Source: Macrostomum lignano
Taxonomy: Eukaryota
NCBI GenBank assembly: GCA_002269645.1
Contig: NIVC01000031.1
Span: forward strand, 186,001 to 250,000
Length of the DNA: 64,000 bases
Direction: 5' to 3'
Part shown: one piece after another, positions 33,591 to 46,400 of the stretch
Numbering within the stretch: position 1 is the first letter of the stretch
How the letters are laid out: every line of letters starts with the position of its first letter
Translations under genes and position numbers: made by a program
Notes under the pieces: model-generated
Seen by the model: only the letters and a program-made list of their open reading frames with translations
Told to the model about the DNA's origin: nothing
Database searches by the model: none

Positions 33591-35208
33591 TACATTAAAA
33601 AAATCGTATGCTGAACCCTAAGCACTTTAAGACTTAAAAAATTACTACTAATAATGAGGCTTTAGCAAGTGCATGTATAAGTAGATATAAATCAATAAGA
33701 AGGGTAAAATCATTCTACCAGTTTAGTGCAAGGCGAAATAATTATATAAGGCAATATAGCTATGAATCCATTCGATCATAAATCCATAAATTTAATTAAA
33801 ATGCAGCGCAAGAAGCTAATAAAGCTTCGAATTGAATGCTCGCGAATTCCAAGATGGGTCCAATTCTACGAAAACTACGAATTTACTCGTTTTATTCTGC
33901 GAGCTATAAAGTGCACTAAAAACAAATTTAAAAACATAAGTTGTCTGAAGCGAATTCGATTCTCGAAAACAAGTATCTGTTTTTGTTTGAATCAAAATCA
34001 GTTCAGTAAAGCAAGTGCTAGTTTGTTTTAATTAATGCTAGTTTAGAAAAACACGGGTCTTTTTGCAACAATACAATTAGTTCGGTAAAACAAGTATCAG
34101 TTTGTTTGAATCAACTGCTCAGTTCAAGTATCAGTTCAGTAAAACAAGCTTAATTATTACTGAAAAAATTGTCAGTTCACTTAAAAAGTGTCTTTTCACA
34201 AAGCCGTGACTGTTTTTGTTTGAATCGATGTATAAGTTCGTTAAAACAAAGTATCATGACGTCAGTTTTACCAAAGTTCAGTTGTAGTTATGAGTTGCTC
34301 CAAATAGTCTTGTCTAAATGAATATTTGATGATTATTTGACAGCATGAGGTAAACAGTGGACATCGAAGACAATATTGGTACATTTTTGAATAGCCGCAT
34401 CTGGAGCCGCAGGTGCGCCATGGCCGACGCAATTTCCTATGGCTTATACGCATCACAATGGCTAATAAATTGAATCGGCTTCCTGCATATGCCGAATCCA
34501 TTGGAAACTTCATGAACCAATTTCCCCAACTTTTTATGCATTTTCTTGCATTTCAGTTCCTGTATTAAGACGCGGCAGCTGCGTCCCGAACTAACTGAAT
34601 TGATGTTGCAAAATATATACCTTTCTATCTTAGGTATCTCTAAGGTGCGTACGCTATTGCCTATAGGATATTCAGTATGTTTACAACTAGCAGTCATATC
34701 ATCTTAGAGGCCGAAGCCTTACGCTCGTAAGTATATTTTATTGTCAAGAATATAGCTACCCCAGTTATGTTACAAGAGGACAGGAAAAAAGACAGAAGAC
34801 AGAGGATGGGGCAGCCGATGGCATAATTGTTATTGCCATGGCGTTTACGAGCCGGCCCGGCATGCCCTTCCCCATGCAGCTGCGGTGTAAATTGGTCCAA
34901 GGAGATCGAAGACCCAGAAACTGGAAGGAGTCAAAACTCCGCATGAAAATCCGATAAATTTCAGACAACACTTGGCTCGCTATAGGTGTTCCGAAAAAGG
35001 TACTGTTAGGACTTTACGCAATAAAAGTGCAACAAGTTAAATAACCGATGAGCAAAGTCAAGCAAAGGACCTTCTTCTTTTAACGCAGATTATTTAAACT
35101 GAAAACTTCCCCTCTTGGTGAAGAAGTGTTTGAATGAGTTCAGTCAGTCTATTTACGGGTACTGTGTACATTTGTCTGAAAATGATGGAAGTGGATTTAT
35201 CATCTTGA

Positions 35209-35537
35209 GGGGCCGTGGCCTGCAGTGGTCTTAACGCGGCGCTCTGATGTGCCAGCGGCACAGGCTGAATTCTAAGTGCAGTCACATTAATTTGGAAGCT
35301 AAATTGGTATCTAAATTGGAATTGGAATCTCTGCAGCTCGGGGGTCTGTCTGCTTGTGCAATTAACGCACTTGGAGGCCAACGACAAGGCACAGTGAAGT
35401 GTACACGCCTAACGATAAATAAAGTATGACTGCGTACGGCATGGGCAGGAATGGCTCTCGCCAATTATGTGACAATGTCGCTTAAAGTGCGCCATGAGGG
35501 TGCACACAGCCCCCTTGCCTCTAACTCTAATTAAAAA
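35209..35537 (+). mobile_element. tRNA-derived SINE family 2, copy 2 (more diverged)
   Basis: Shares GTGCAGTCACATTAATTTG, CAGTGAAGTGTACA.GCCTAACGATAAATAAAGT and GGGTGCACACA...GCCTCTAA with copy 1. Confidence 0.8.
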
Positions 35538-36039
35538 GCGGGTTTGGAGAAGAGCTGCAACTCCATGCTCTGCTTGTGGGTCTCCTTGACAATTCTCAAT
35601 TTTTTGCGACCCCAGGCTTAACCCCCTCCTACAAGGCCATAAACAGTCTGAGTGGGGGGCACACTTGTTAGATGAGGCTAAAGCTTTAATTTTTTCTACG
35701 TAATTTTTTTCGTAGACTTCAGAATAATGGTCGCCCTATAGCACACACCCGCTGCCATCTCAGGCCTGAGTTAATTGAGAGAACAAAATTTTATGAAGAA
35801 GAAGCCACTTAAAATGGTGCAATTTTTCAGAGCAAGGCTTAAGCTCGAGGGTCAGGTCTTGGTCTCTGTCTGCTGCATTTAAACCTGAGCTTATTGCGAG
35901 CTTCAAAAATACGAGTGGTGTTTAATTTAATTGCAGGTTTGGTTAGTTTAATTGAATATTAGGCGACTTTTAATTCTAATTCTCTGAGAGCGACTATAGC
36001 AAGCCTCAACAACACGAAGCAGCCCCATTAAATGCACCC

Positions 36040-36620
36040 TGACCCAGTATAGCACCCCTGACCTACACGTGACACCTTAATCTCATTCTAGCACCCGTTT
36101 ATGAACCTTTCAGCACCCGTGAATGGCCACAATGACCTTTTTAGCACCCTGTATGATTCCTGTATCCTTCTGTCACCCTTGCATAACTCCCCTGACCCTT
36201 TCAAACACCCGGGTATGACCCTTATGACCCTTTTAGTACCCTGTATGACCCCATGACCCCTTCTAGCACCCATGTATGACCCTTAATATGACCTATTCTA
36301 CGGTAGCACTCATGTATGACTCAAATGACCCTTCTAGCACCCGTGTATGACCCCACGACCCTTTCTAGCACCCTGTATGACCCCATGACCTCTTCTAGCA
36401 CCCTGTATGACCCCATGACCTCTTCTAGCACCCTGTATGACCCCATGACTTCTTCTAGCACCCTGTATGACCCCATGACCCCTTCTAGCACCCGTGTATG
36501 ACCCTTGTAACTTTTCTATTACTCGTGTATGACCCCAATGACCCTTATAATCCTTTCTAGCATTTATGTATGACCCCAAGGACCCTTCTAGCAACCTTGC
36601 ATGACTCACCTGATCCCTTC
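36040..36620. repeat. 30-bp minisatellite CTAGCACCCTGTATGACCCCATGACCTCTT
   Basis: Direct reading. Confidence 0.9.
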
Positions 36621-37074
36621 TAGCAACTCCAGCACCTCCCCAAGCCCCCTCAAAACCTCAATCCTTTTAATCGCCATAAGTTTCCACTGAGAACGAACTT
36701 AGAGTACTGCAGACTTTCACAGCTTAGTCTAGGGCAGCCAGTGTGCTGTTTAGTGGCAGTAAATTCCATAAGCTCCATTATTCGCTGAAGAGTTTGACAA
36801 CCAATCAGAGCTGTTTCTGCTCTCATATCTGAACTGGTTAAAAGTTGTATTAAATATTCAGTTTTTAAATTTGCAAAACCTAAAAGAACCAGGTTTCTTT
36901 AAATACAATTTGTAATTATTTTAAGGTAAGTAAGCATTTTTACTTTACTCACAAAAATTCATAAATAAAAATTAAAAGTTCATAAAAATAATAGTTATCA
37001 TATAATCGTAAAAAATAGACAGTATTTAGACAATAGACACCTACAACATAGCATGTCAATTTGATGTAGGTGTA

Positions 37075-37760
37075 AAGCCACTTCGTTGGGGGTAGAGTCA
37101 CTCTGCTGGGGATAGAGTCACTCTGTTGGGGGTAGAGCCACTCGGTTGGGAGTAGAGTCAATCTGTTAGGGGTAGAGTCACTCTGTTAGGGGTAGAGTCA
37201 CTCGGTTAGGGGTAGAGTCACTCGGCTAGGGGTAGAGTCACTCAGTTAGGGGTAGAGTCAATCTGTTAGGGGTAGAGTCACTCTGTTAGGGGTAGAGTCA
37301 CTCGGTTGGGAGTAGAGGGGTAGAGTCACTCTGTTAGGGGTAGAGTCACTCGGTTAGGGGTAGAGTCACTCGGCTAGGGGTAGAGTCACTCAGTTAGGGG
37401 TAGAGTCAATCTGTTAGGGGTAGAGTCACTCGGTTAGGGGTAAGAGTCACTCTGTTAGGGGTAGAGAGTCTCTCTTTTGAGGGTAGAGACACTCAGTTCA
37501 GGATAAGAGTTACTCTTACTGAAGTAGAATCACTCTGTTGGGTTTAGAGTCACTCTTTTGAGGGTAGAGTTCACTGTGTTGGGGGTAGAGTCACTCTGGT
37601 GGGGGTAGAGTCACTCTGTTGGGGGTAGAGTCACTCTGTTGTGGGTAGGATGATAGGATGAGTCGGTTGTCGGTAAGAGTCACTCTATTAAGGGTGCAGT
37701 CACTCTTTTAGGGGTAGGATCACTCGGTTTGGGTAGAGTCACTCGGTGGAGAATAGATTC
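37075..37760. repeat. 19-20-bp minisatellite GGGGTAGAGTCACTCTGTTA
   Basis: Direct reading. Confidence 0.93.
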
Positions 37761-38439
37761 ACTCTACTGGCGCCCTTTTAACAGCAGCAAGAGAGAGGCG
37801 CACCTGTTTCCAAATTTTACCAGTTCCCTAGCAACCAACTTGTCTTTGGGACCGTTTTACCATGCAAAGCACCTACCATGGCCCCCTTCCCGTCAATCGA
37901 GAGTATCCTAAATCAGAAATGCTGTTGCTAGTGAAAGTTTTTTCTTAAATGCACCTCTTAGCAATGAATTGTTCCTGTGCAGTTCAGAATGAGAGATAAC
38001 CTATTCGCTAAGGGCGTTACCGGCAAGAATGAATGCTACATTGGAAATGGATTCAGATAATAGAGCTAAGGTATACTTCTGTTTTTGTACATTTTCTTCC
38101 AATATCAATTCTTTGGAAATGGTAAAATGGTGTTTCGTAAATGGGAGCAATAGATGGTAAAAGTCTGGGAGAAACGTTTACCTGAAACCATTTATGATAG
38201 TAGATGTGCTGTTTAGGTTGGGAGTAGTGAGGAAAGAGGAAGAGAGGGAGAAGATTGGGGAGGAGTGAGGAGAGAGGAGCGAGGAGAGTGAGAGAGAGAA
38301 AAAGAGAGAGAGAGAAAGGAGGAAGAGAGGTAAGAGTCCTGAAAACCCAAATCACTTACACTGTAACGCAAATGTTTAAGCGAGTTGAGTACCGATATTT
38401 CGAATTTTCATATTCTTCCTCGGAGCTAACTCTTCAATG

Positions 38440-41272
38440 GGAAGGACAAGAGAGGAAAGGGAGCGAAGGAGAGGAGAGAAAAGAGAAGCGGGAGGAGAGA
38501 GAGAGAAGAGAAGAGGGACAAGAGATAGAAGAGAAGGGGAGAGGAGAGAGAAGAGAAGAGGGAGAGGAGAGAGAAGAGAAGGGGAGAGGAGAGAGAAGAC
38601 AAGGGGAGAGGAGAGAGAAGACAAGGGGAGAGGAGAGAGAAGAGAAGGGGGAGAGGAGAGAGAAGACGAGGGGAGAGGAGAGAGAAGACAAGGGGAGAGG
38701 AGAGAGAAGAGATGGGGGTTTGAGGAGAGAGAAGAGAAGGGGGAGAGGAGAGAGAAAAGAAGGGGAGAGGAGAGAGAAGACAAGGGGAGAGGAGAGAGAA
38801 GAGATGGGGGTTTGAGGAGAGAGAAGAGAAGGGGGAGAGGAGAGAGAAGAGAAGGGGGAGAGGAGAGAGAAGAGAAGGGGAGAGGAGAGAGAAGAGAAGG
38901 GGGAGAGGAGAGAGAAGACAAGGGGAGAGGAGAGAGAAGACAAGGGGAGAGGAGAGAGAAGAGATGGGGGTTTGAGGAGAGAGAAGAGAAGGGGAGAGGA
39001 GAGAGAAGACAAGGGGAGAGGAGAGAGAAGACAAGGGAGAGGAGAGAGAAGAGATGGGGGTTTGAGGAGAGAGAAGAGAAGGGGGAGAGGAGAGAGAAAA
39101 GAAGGGGAGAGGAGAGAGAAGACAAGGGGAGAGGAGAGAGAAGAGATGGGGGTTTGAGGAGAGAGAAGAGAAGGGGGAGAGGAGAGAGAAGAGAAGGGGG
39201 AGAGGAGAGAGAAGAGAAGGGGAGAGGAGAGAGAAGAGAAGGGGAGAGGAGAGAGAAGACAAGGGGAGAGGAGAGAGAAGACAAGGGGAGAGGAGAGAGA
39301 AGAGATGGGGGTTTGAGGAGAGAGAAGAGAAGGGGAGAGGAGAGAGAAGACAAGGGGAGAGGAGAGAGAAGACAAGGGAGAGGAGAGAGAAGAGATGGGG
39401 GTTTGAGGAGAGAGAAGAGAAGGGGGAGAGGAGAGAGAAGAGAAGGGGGAGAGGAGAGAGAGAGAAGGGAGAGAAGAGAGAAGAGAATGGGAGAGGAGAG
39501 AGAAGAGAATGGGAGAGGAGAGAGAAGAGATGGGGGAGAGGAGAGAGAAGAGAAGGGAGAGAGGAGAGAGAAGAGATGGGGGAGGGGGAGAGGAGAGAGA
39601 AGAGAAGGGGGAGAGGAGAGAGAAGACAAGGGGAGAGGAGAGAGAAGACAAGGGGAGAGGAGAGAGAAGAGATGGGAGTTTGAGGAGAGAGAAGAGAAGG
39701 GGAGAGGAGAGAGAAGACAAGGGGAGAGGAGAGAGAAGACAAGGGAGAGGAGAGAGAAGAGATGGGGGTTTGAGGAGAGAGAAGAGAAGGGGGAGAGGAG
39801 AGAGAAGAGAAGGGGGAGAGGAGAGAGAAGAGAAAGGGAGAGGAGAGAGAAGAGAATGGGAGAGGAGAGAGAAGAGAATGGGAGAGGAGAGAGAAGAGAT
39901 GGGGGAGAGGAGAGAGAAGAGAAGGGAGAGAGGAGAGAGAAGAGATGGGGGAGGGGGAGAGGAGAGAGAAGAGAAGGGGGAGAGGAGAGAGAAGACAAGG
40001 GGAGAGGAGAGAGAAGACAAGGGGAGAGGAGAGAGAAGAGATGGGGGTTTGAGGAGAGAGAAGAGATGGGGGTTTGAGGAGAGAGAAGAGAAGGGGAGAG
40101 GAGAGAGAAGACAAGGGAGAGGAGAGAGAAGAGATGGGGGTTTGAGGAGAGAGAAGAGAAGGGGGAGAGGAGAGAGAAGAGAAAGGGAGAGGAGAGAGAA
40201 GAGAATGGGAGAGGAGAGAGAAGAGAATGGGAGAGGAGAGAGAAGAGAATGGGAGAGGAGAGAGAAGAGATGGGGGAGAGGAGAGAGAAGAGAAGGGAGA
40301 GAGGAGAGAGAAGAGATGGGGGAGGGGGAGAGGAGAGAGAAGAGAAGGGGAGAGGAGAGAGAAGAGAAGGGGAGAGGAGAGAGAAGACAAGGGGAGAGGA
40401 GAGAGAAGAGATGGGGGTTTGAGGAGAGAGAAGAGAAGGGGAGAGGAGAGAGAAGACAAGGGGAGAGGAGAGAGAAGAGAAAGGGAGAGGAGAGAGAAGA
40501 GAATGGGAGAGGAGAGAGAAGAGAATGGGAGAGGAGAGAGAAGAGATGGGGGAGAGGAGAGAGAAGAGAAGGGAGAGAGGAGAGAGAAGAGATGGGGGAG
40601 GGGGAGAGGAGAGAGAAGAGAAGGGGAGAGGAGAGAGAAGAGAAGGGGGAGAGGAGAGAGAAGAGAAGGGGAGAGGAGAGAGAAGACAAGGGGAGAGGAG
40701 AGAGAAGAGATGGGGGTTTGAGGAGAGAGAAGAGAAGAGGGAGAGGAGAGAGAAGAGAAGGGGAGAGGAGAGAGAAGACAAGGGGAGAGGAGAGAGAAGA
40801 GATGGGGGTTTGAGGAGAGAGAAGAGTAGGGGGAGGGGGGAGGAGAGAGAAGACAAGGGTAGAGGAGAGAGAAGAGAAGGGGGAGGGGGAGAGGAGAGAG
40901 AAGACAAGGGTAGAGGAGAGAGAAGAGAAGGGGGAGAGGAGAGAGAAAAGAAGGGGAGAGGAGAGAGAAGACAAGGGGAGAGGAGAGAGAAGAGATGGGG
41001 GTTTGAGGAGAGAGAAGAGATGGGGGTTTGAGGAGAGAGAAGAGAAGGGGGAGAGGAGAGAGAAGAGAAGGGGGAGAGGAGAGAGAAGAGAAGGGAAGAG
41101 GAGAGAGAAGAGAAGGGGAGAGGAGAGAGAAGAGAAGGGGGAGAGGAGAGAGAAGAGAAGGGGGAGAGGAGAGAGAAGAGAAGGGGAGAGGAGAGAGGAG
41201 AGAAGGGGGAGAGGAGAGAGAAGAGAAGGGGGAGAGGAGAGAGAAGAGAGGGGAGAGGAGAGAGGAGAGAAG
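38440..41272. repeat. About 21-22-bp purine-rich satellite GGGGAGAGGAGAGAGAAGA(G/C)AA
   Basis: Direct reading, about 2.8 kb. Confidence 0.97.
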
Positions 41273-41808
41273 GGGACCGGGCGGGCCAAGGTGGATCAAG
41301 TGAAAGGCAGTGCAACAAGCAGTTTGTCACCTGTTTTTTTCGGATAGGCTTCAACTCCTATAGTTAGAAGCGAGAGAAGCCATTGATAGAGGACAATTGT
41401 GAGATTTTTCATCTATTCTTTTGCTTAGAATGGATAACTGCTTGTACGTGTGTATGACAAGGATCAGTGCTGCAATCCTTAATTCAAACACACAGGGATA
41501 CAGCCTGGGGGGTTAGACAGGTTGCAAATTCGTTTCAGACACCCATGGGATTAACGGCGACTCAGCGAGATAAGCTAGTGCGTTATTTATCCGGCGTCAA
41601 ATACGAACAGCGCTTTCCTTAATCGCCTCCAGTTAGATAAAAAAAAAAATTTCTCGGATAAAAACGCTGCATATCCGTCTTCGGTTTCTGTCTGTTTTCT
41701 CTTCCAAACACGCATGAAGCGTGTGCTTGGCTGTTTGCACAAAATGTCAAGCAGCTGTAGCTTTCATAGTGTGATAATAATAATGCTCACACGCCAACTA
41801 CAGGACCG

Positions 41809-41822
41809 GTTGCTATAGCAAC
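41809..41822. promoter_or_regulatory. Palindromic RFX X-box-like site GTTGCTATAGCAAC
   Basis: Perfect 14-bp palindrome fitting the RFX consensus, upstream of the plus-strand gene. Confidence 0.45.
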
Positions 41823-41964
41823 TGTCAGGTGTGTTGCTGCCAAGAGGCAAGAAGGGGATGAGTGAGAGGTGAGGGAGCTAATCAGCTCAGATCCATGTTC
41901 AACTATAGGAGCATGTACTTTTAATTGGGGCTTAACTCGATGCATTTTGTTGCTACGCTGGCTA

Positions 41965-43310
41965 GGTGTGTGTGTGTTTATAGACACTGGCTAGGTGTGT
42001 TTATAGACACTGGCTAGGTGTGTTTATAGATACTGGCTAGGTGTGTTTATAGATACTGGCTAGGTGTGTTTATAGACACTGGCTAGGTGTGTGTGTTTAT
42101 AGACACTGGCTAGGTGTGTGTGTGTTTATAGACACTGGCTAGGTGTGTTTATAGATACTGGCTAGGTGTGTTTAGAGATACTGGCTAGGTGTGTGTGTTT
42201 ATAGACACTGGCTAGGTGTGTTTATAGACACTGGCTAGGTGTGTTTATAGACACTGGCTAGGTGTGTTTATAGATACTGGCTGTGTGTGTGTGTTTATAG
42301 ACACTGGCTAGGTGTGTTTAGAGATACTGGCTAGGTGTGTGTGTTTATAGACACTGGCTAGGTGTGTTTATAGACACTGGCTAGGTGTGTTTATAGAAAC
42401 TGGCTAGGTGTGTTTAAAGACACTGGCTAGGTGTGTTTATAGACACTAGCTAGGTGTGTGTGTGTTTATAGACACTGGCTAGGTGTGTTTATAGACACTG
42501 GCTAGGTGTGTTTATAGATACTGGCTAGGTGTGTTTATAGACACTGGCTAGGTGTGTGTGTTTATAGACACTGGCTAGGTGTGTGTGTGTTTATAGACAC
42601 TGGCTAGGTGTTTTTATAGACACTGGCTAGGTGTGTTTATAGACACTGGCTAGGTGTGTTTATAGACACTGGCTAGGTGTGTTTATAGACACTGGCTAGG
42701 TGTGTTTATAGACACTGGCTAGGTGTGTTTAGAGATACTGGCTAGGTGTGTGTGTGTTTATAGACACTGGCTTGGTGTGTGTGTGTTTATAGACACTGGC
42801 TAGGTGTGTTTAGAGATACTGGCTAGGTGTGTGTGTGTGTTTATAGACACTGGCTAGGTGTGTTTAGAGAAACTTGCTAGGTGTGTGTGTTTATAGATAC
42901 TGGCTAGGTGTGTGTGTGTTTATAGACACTGGCTAGGTGTGTTTAGAGATACTGGCTAGGTGTGTGTGTGTTTATAGACACTGGCTAGGTGTGTTTAGAG
43001 ATACTGGCTAGGTGTGTGTGTTTATAGACACTGGCTAGGTGTGTTTATAGACACTGGCTAGGTGTGTTTATAGACACTGGCTAGGTGTGTTTATAGACAC
43101 TGGCTAGGTGTGCTTATAGACACTGGCTAGGTGTGTTTATAGACACTGGCTAGGTGTGTTTATAGACACTGGCTAGGTGTGCTTATAGACACTGGCTAGG
43201 TGTGTTTATAGACACTGGCTAGGTGTGCTTATAGACACTAGCTAGGTGTGTTTATAGACACTGGCTAGGTGTGTTTATAGACACTGGCTAGGTGTGCTTA
43301 TAGATACTAG
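41965..43310. repeat. 23-bp minisatellite ACTGGCTAGGTGTGTTTATAGAC with variable (GT)n
   Basis: Direct reading. Confidence 0.97.
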
Positions 43311-43334
43311 ATACATTTCAGCACGAGTGACAGA

Positions 43335-43454
43335 ATGGGGCACAGAGGCAACGCATCCCCCGAGTCAAAACTAATATGTATCGAATATTGCAGCAAAATG
43401 AAACCCCGGAAAGTAGCATCTGATGAAGCATTCAGAGAGTCTTGCCGAGATTCT
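43335..43454 (+). CDS. Possible upstream exon of plus-strand gene (MGHRGNASPESK...ESCRDS)
   Basis: CATTTCAG acceptor at 43321 and TCT|GTGAGC donor. In frame with the acceptor ending at 44054. Confidence 0.35.
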
Positions 43455-46400
43455 GTGAGCTGAAATTCCTAGATAATAAATCAGAATTTTTATTACACCA
43501 TATAAAATCTTTTTCTTCGATGTGCAACGCTTTCTTAGTCTGCTTCTTTCAGCAGCCTAGAAGAATCTTCTTCTTGACAAAAGCATAATTTCTCTTTTCT
43601 CAATTTTGGTCTGCAGTTTCGCAGATAGAAATGAAAAATTCATTAATACTTGATGTATTAATAAGTAACTTAGTAAAATGCAAAAAGCATGTGATGCTAC
43701 TCAGTAGGACTTGGTCAGTAGTGCTATAGGCTCATTTCTGTACACGGCTTAATTATATTGAAAGTTAAAGATGGTCACTGTAGGATCAGAGAGGGGATCA
43801 CTGCAGAATCAGAGAAGGGATCGCTAAAGGATCATGGAGGGGTCGTTGAAGGATCCGAAAGTGGCCGCTGATAGATCAAGTGGGGCTCACTGAAGGATCA
43901 GGTGGGGGGGCTCACTGAAGAATCACGGAGGGGTCACTGATAGCTCAGGAAGGGTGCGACACACACCTGGCCACTTTAAGCCCGACCCAACTGCATTTCT
44001 ACTTGACTATATACTGTGTAATCTACTAAGGTACATTGCAAAACGCTCCCACAGACACGCCAGATGGAGATACGAACTCCTCTGCCACGTCACCAGCATC
44101 GGCACAACATCCCTTGTCCGATTGCCGTCAACCTGACGCTCAACTCCTCCACCGACACCTGCCCGAGTCCGCCGCCTGCGGCTTCGCCTCGAAGCATCTC
44201 CGTAGAAATTGACAGCTCCGACGACAGCAGCTGCGACGATGCAGCCGCGGGGGGCCTCCGACCTGCCAGGCAGATTTTCTCGCGTCGTCGGCTACACGAC
44301 CGGCGACGAAGATCCTCCTCCCTGGGCGACCTGAGCAAACTGCAGCAGCAGCAGGAGGCGGTCGACGTGGTGCCGACGTGTCCTGTGCACCAGCCGGATC
44401 CCCCTGACTGCGGCAGCAAGGGTCAGCGAAGGCGGATGCTGACTGAGCAATGCTTCATCAAGTCCAATAAACTGAGTGCGAAGACTCGGAGACGGTGAGT
44501 GAGCGATTTTAATAAATGAGTTTATGAGTGAGTTAATGTGTAAGTTTATGAGTTTATGAGTGAGTTTGTGAGTGAGTTTATTAGTGAGTTTATGTGTAAG
44601 TTTATGAATGAGTTTACGAATGAGTTTATGAGTGTGAGTTTATGTGTGAGTTTATGTGTGAGTTTATCTGTGAGTTTATGAGTGAGTTTATGAGTGAGTT
44701 TATGAGTAAGTTTATGAATGAGTTTATGAGTGAGTTTATGAGTGAGTTTATGAGTGAGTTTATGAGTGAGTTTATGAGTGAGTTTATGTGTAAGTTTATG
44801 AATGAGTTTATGAGTGAGTTTATGAGTGAGTTTATGAATGAGTTTATGAGTGATTTTATGAGTGAGTTTATGAGTGAGTTTATGAGTGAGTGAATGTGTG
44901 AGTAAGTGAGTGAGTTTATGAGTGAGTTTATGAGTGAGTGAATGTGTGAGTAAGTGAGTGAGTTTATGAGTGAGTTTATGAGTGAGCTTGTGAGTGAGTT
45001 CATGAGTGAGTTCATGAGTGACTTTGAGTGGTTAATTATAAGTAAGGTAGTGGTTTCCAGCTGATTTTTTCAATGATCTGATCAAGGACTACTTAACTAG
45101 AAGGACGGGGAACCTCGTTTCTTGGAAAATGTTTAGAAGGCAGGTTGTTTCCGAAAAATACACAAAAATGGAGATGGAAAATTTAATTTTTCAGCTTAGA
45201 AAAATTGTTATTGCTTTCGATACGAGGCAGACCCTACCGGTAGTGTTCATTTTTTTATATGTTGCGCCTTTCTTATTATAGCTTTATTGTCAATTGATAT
45301 TCATAAAGCTTTTCTTTTTGAGAATTAGTATTCAACGAGTATGTTAATATTTTTATTCTACGTACATGTCTTGCACCTAAAAGTCATAAAAATGCATGGC
45401 ACATCTCGACTCGTTGGTTTTATGAATCTATTTTATCGTCGTCTGTTACATGTATTAGTACGAGATTGCTATACAGTCAGCTGAGAATGACAAAATAGAT
45501 TTATAAAATCAATGAGCACTAACAATTTTTGTACTGAAAAATGAAAACTTTCCTATCTCCGCAGGAATATAGGACGAAATCACATTGAATCCCAGTTTTG
45601 CGTACGAAGACAATATCGAATAGAGACAAATTGGCCTGCAATGCATACAAAGTATTCGATTCGACTCAAACAGCTAGTACCATATTAAGTCGGCGGGAAA
45701 AGCAGGTACTCTTCTGTATAGGCCTCTTTGTAGGCTAACAAAAATAATAACCGATACACAAGAAGTCTTCACTTTGGCGCAAGCCCAGCTCATGAGACAG
45801 GCATATCCTCAAAAATCTTAGAAATCTTATTATTCTGTGTCCGCAGGATCTTTTTCTCTGCGCCTTATTTGTTAGGCTTTCCCTTACCTCCCCCCCACCA
45901 TCTCTCTCGGCTGCTTTTAGTGACGTTGCAGGTGATTGCAAGCTCCCTTGCAATGCCTGTCTGCACGAGCGCCTCTGCTACTTGTGTATTACTAGAGAAT
46001 GCTCTGAGAAGTCTGTAATGACAGTCTCCAAGCCTCTCTGTACCTGCCCTGCATCTCTTTTTGCCTCTTTCAAAGATTCCGAAAACAGCTAGAACAGAGG
46101 GAAACAGAGGCAGGGGATGAAGGACAAGGGAGGCTGGGGAAGGGGAGTGCCGAGTCCTGTTGCATAAATATGCTCACAGAATGAAGTTCAGAATTGCTTC
46201 ATCATCTGATAAAGAAAGTTAGGATAAGTCAGGGAGATTCGATGACTGGAATTGACCAGTGTTGAATTGCCTTATGCCTTAAGAATATTTGATCAACAAT
46301 CTGGACTGCTCCATGGAGAACAATCATGCGATCAAATTAGGAAGGTAAATAATTTCAATGAGGCTCGATAAATCTGTATTAAATTACGTTTGTATATAAA

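Noticed and set aside
45750-45815. RGS-like VFTLAQAQLMRQAYP peptide
   Set aside because: Spacing is wrong for the RGS C-terminal motif, it is bounded by stops, and it has no splice support.
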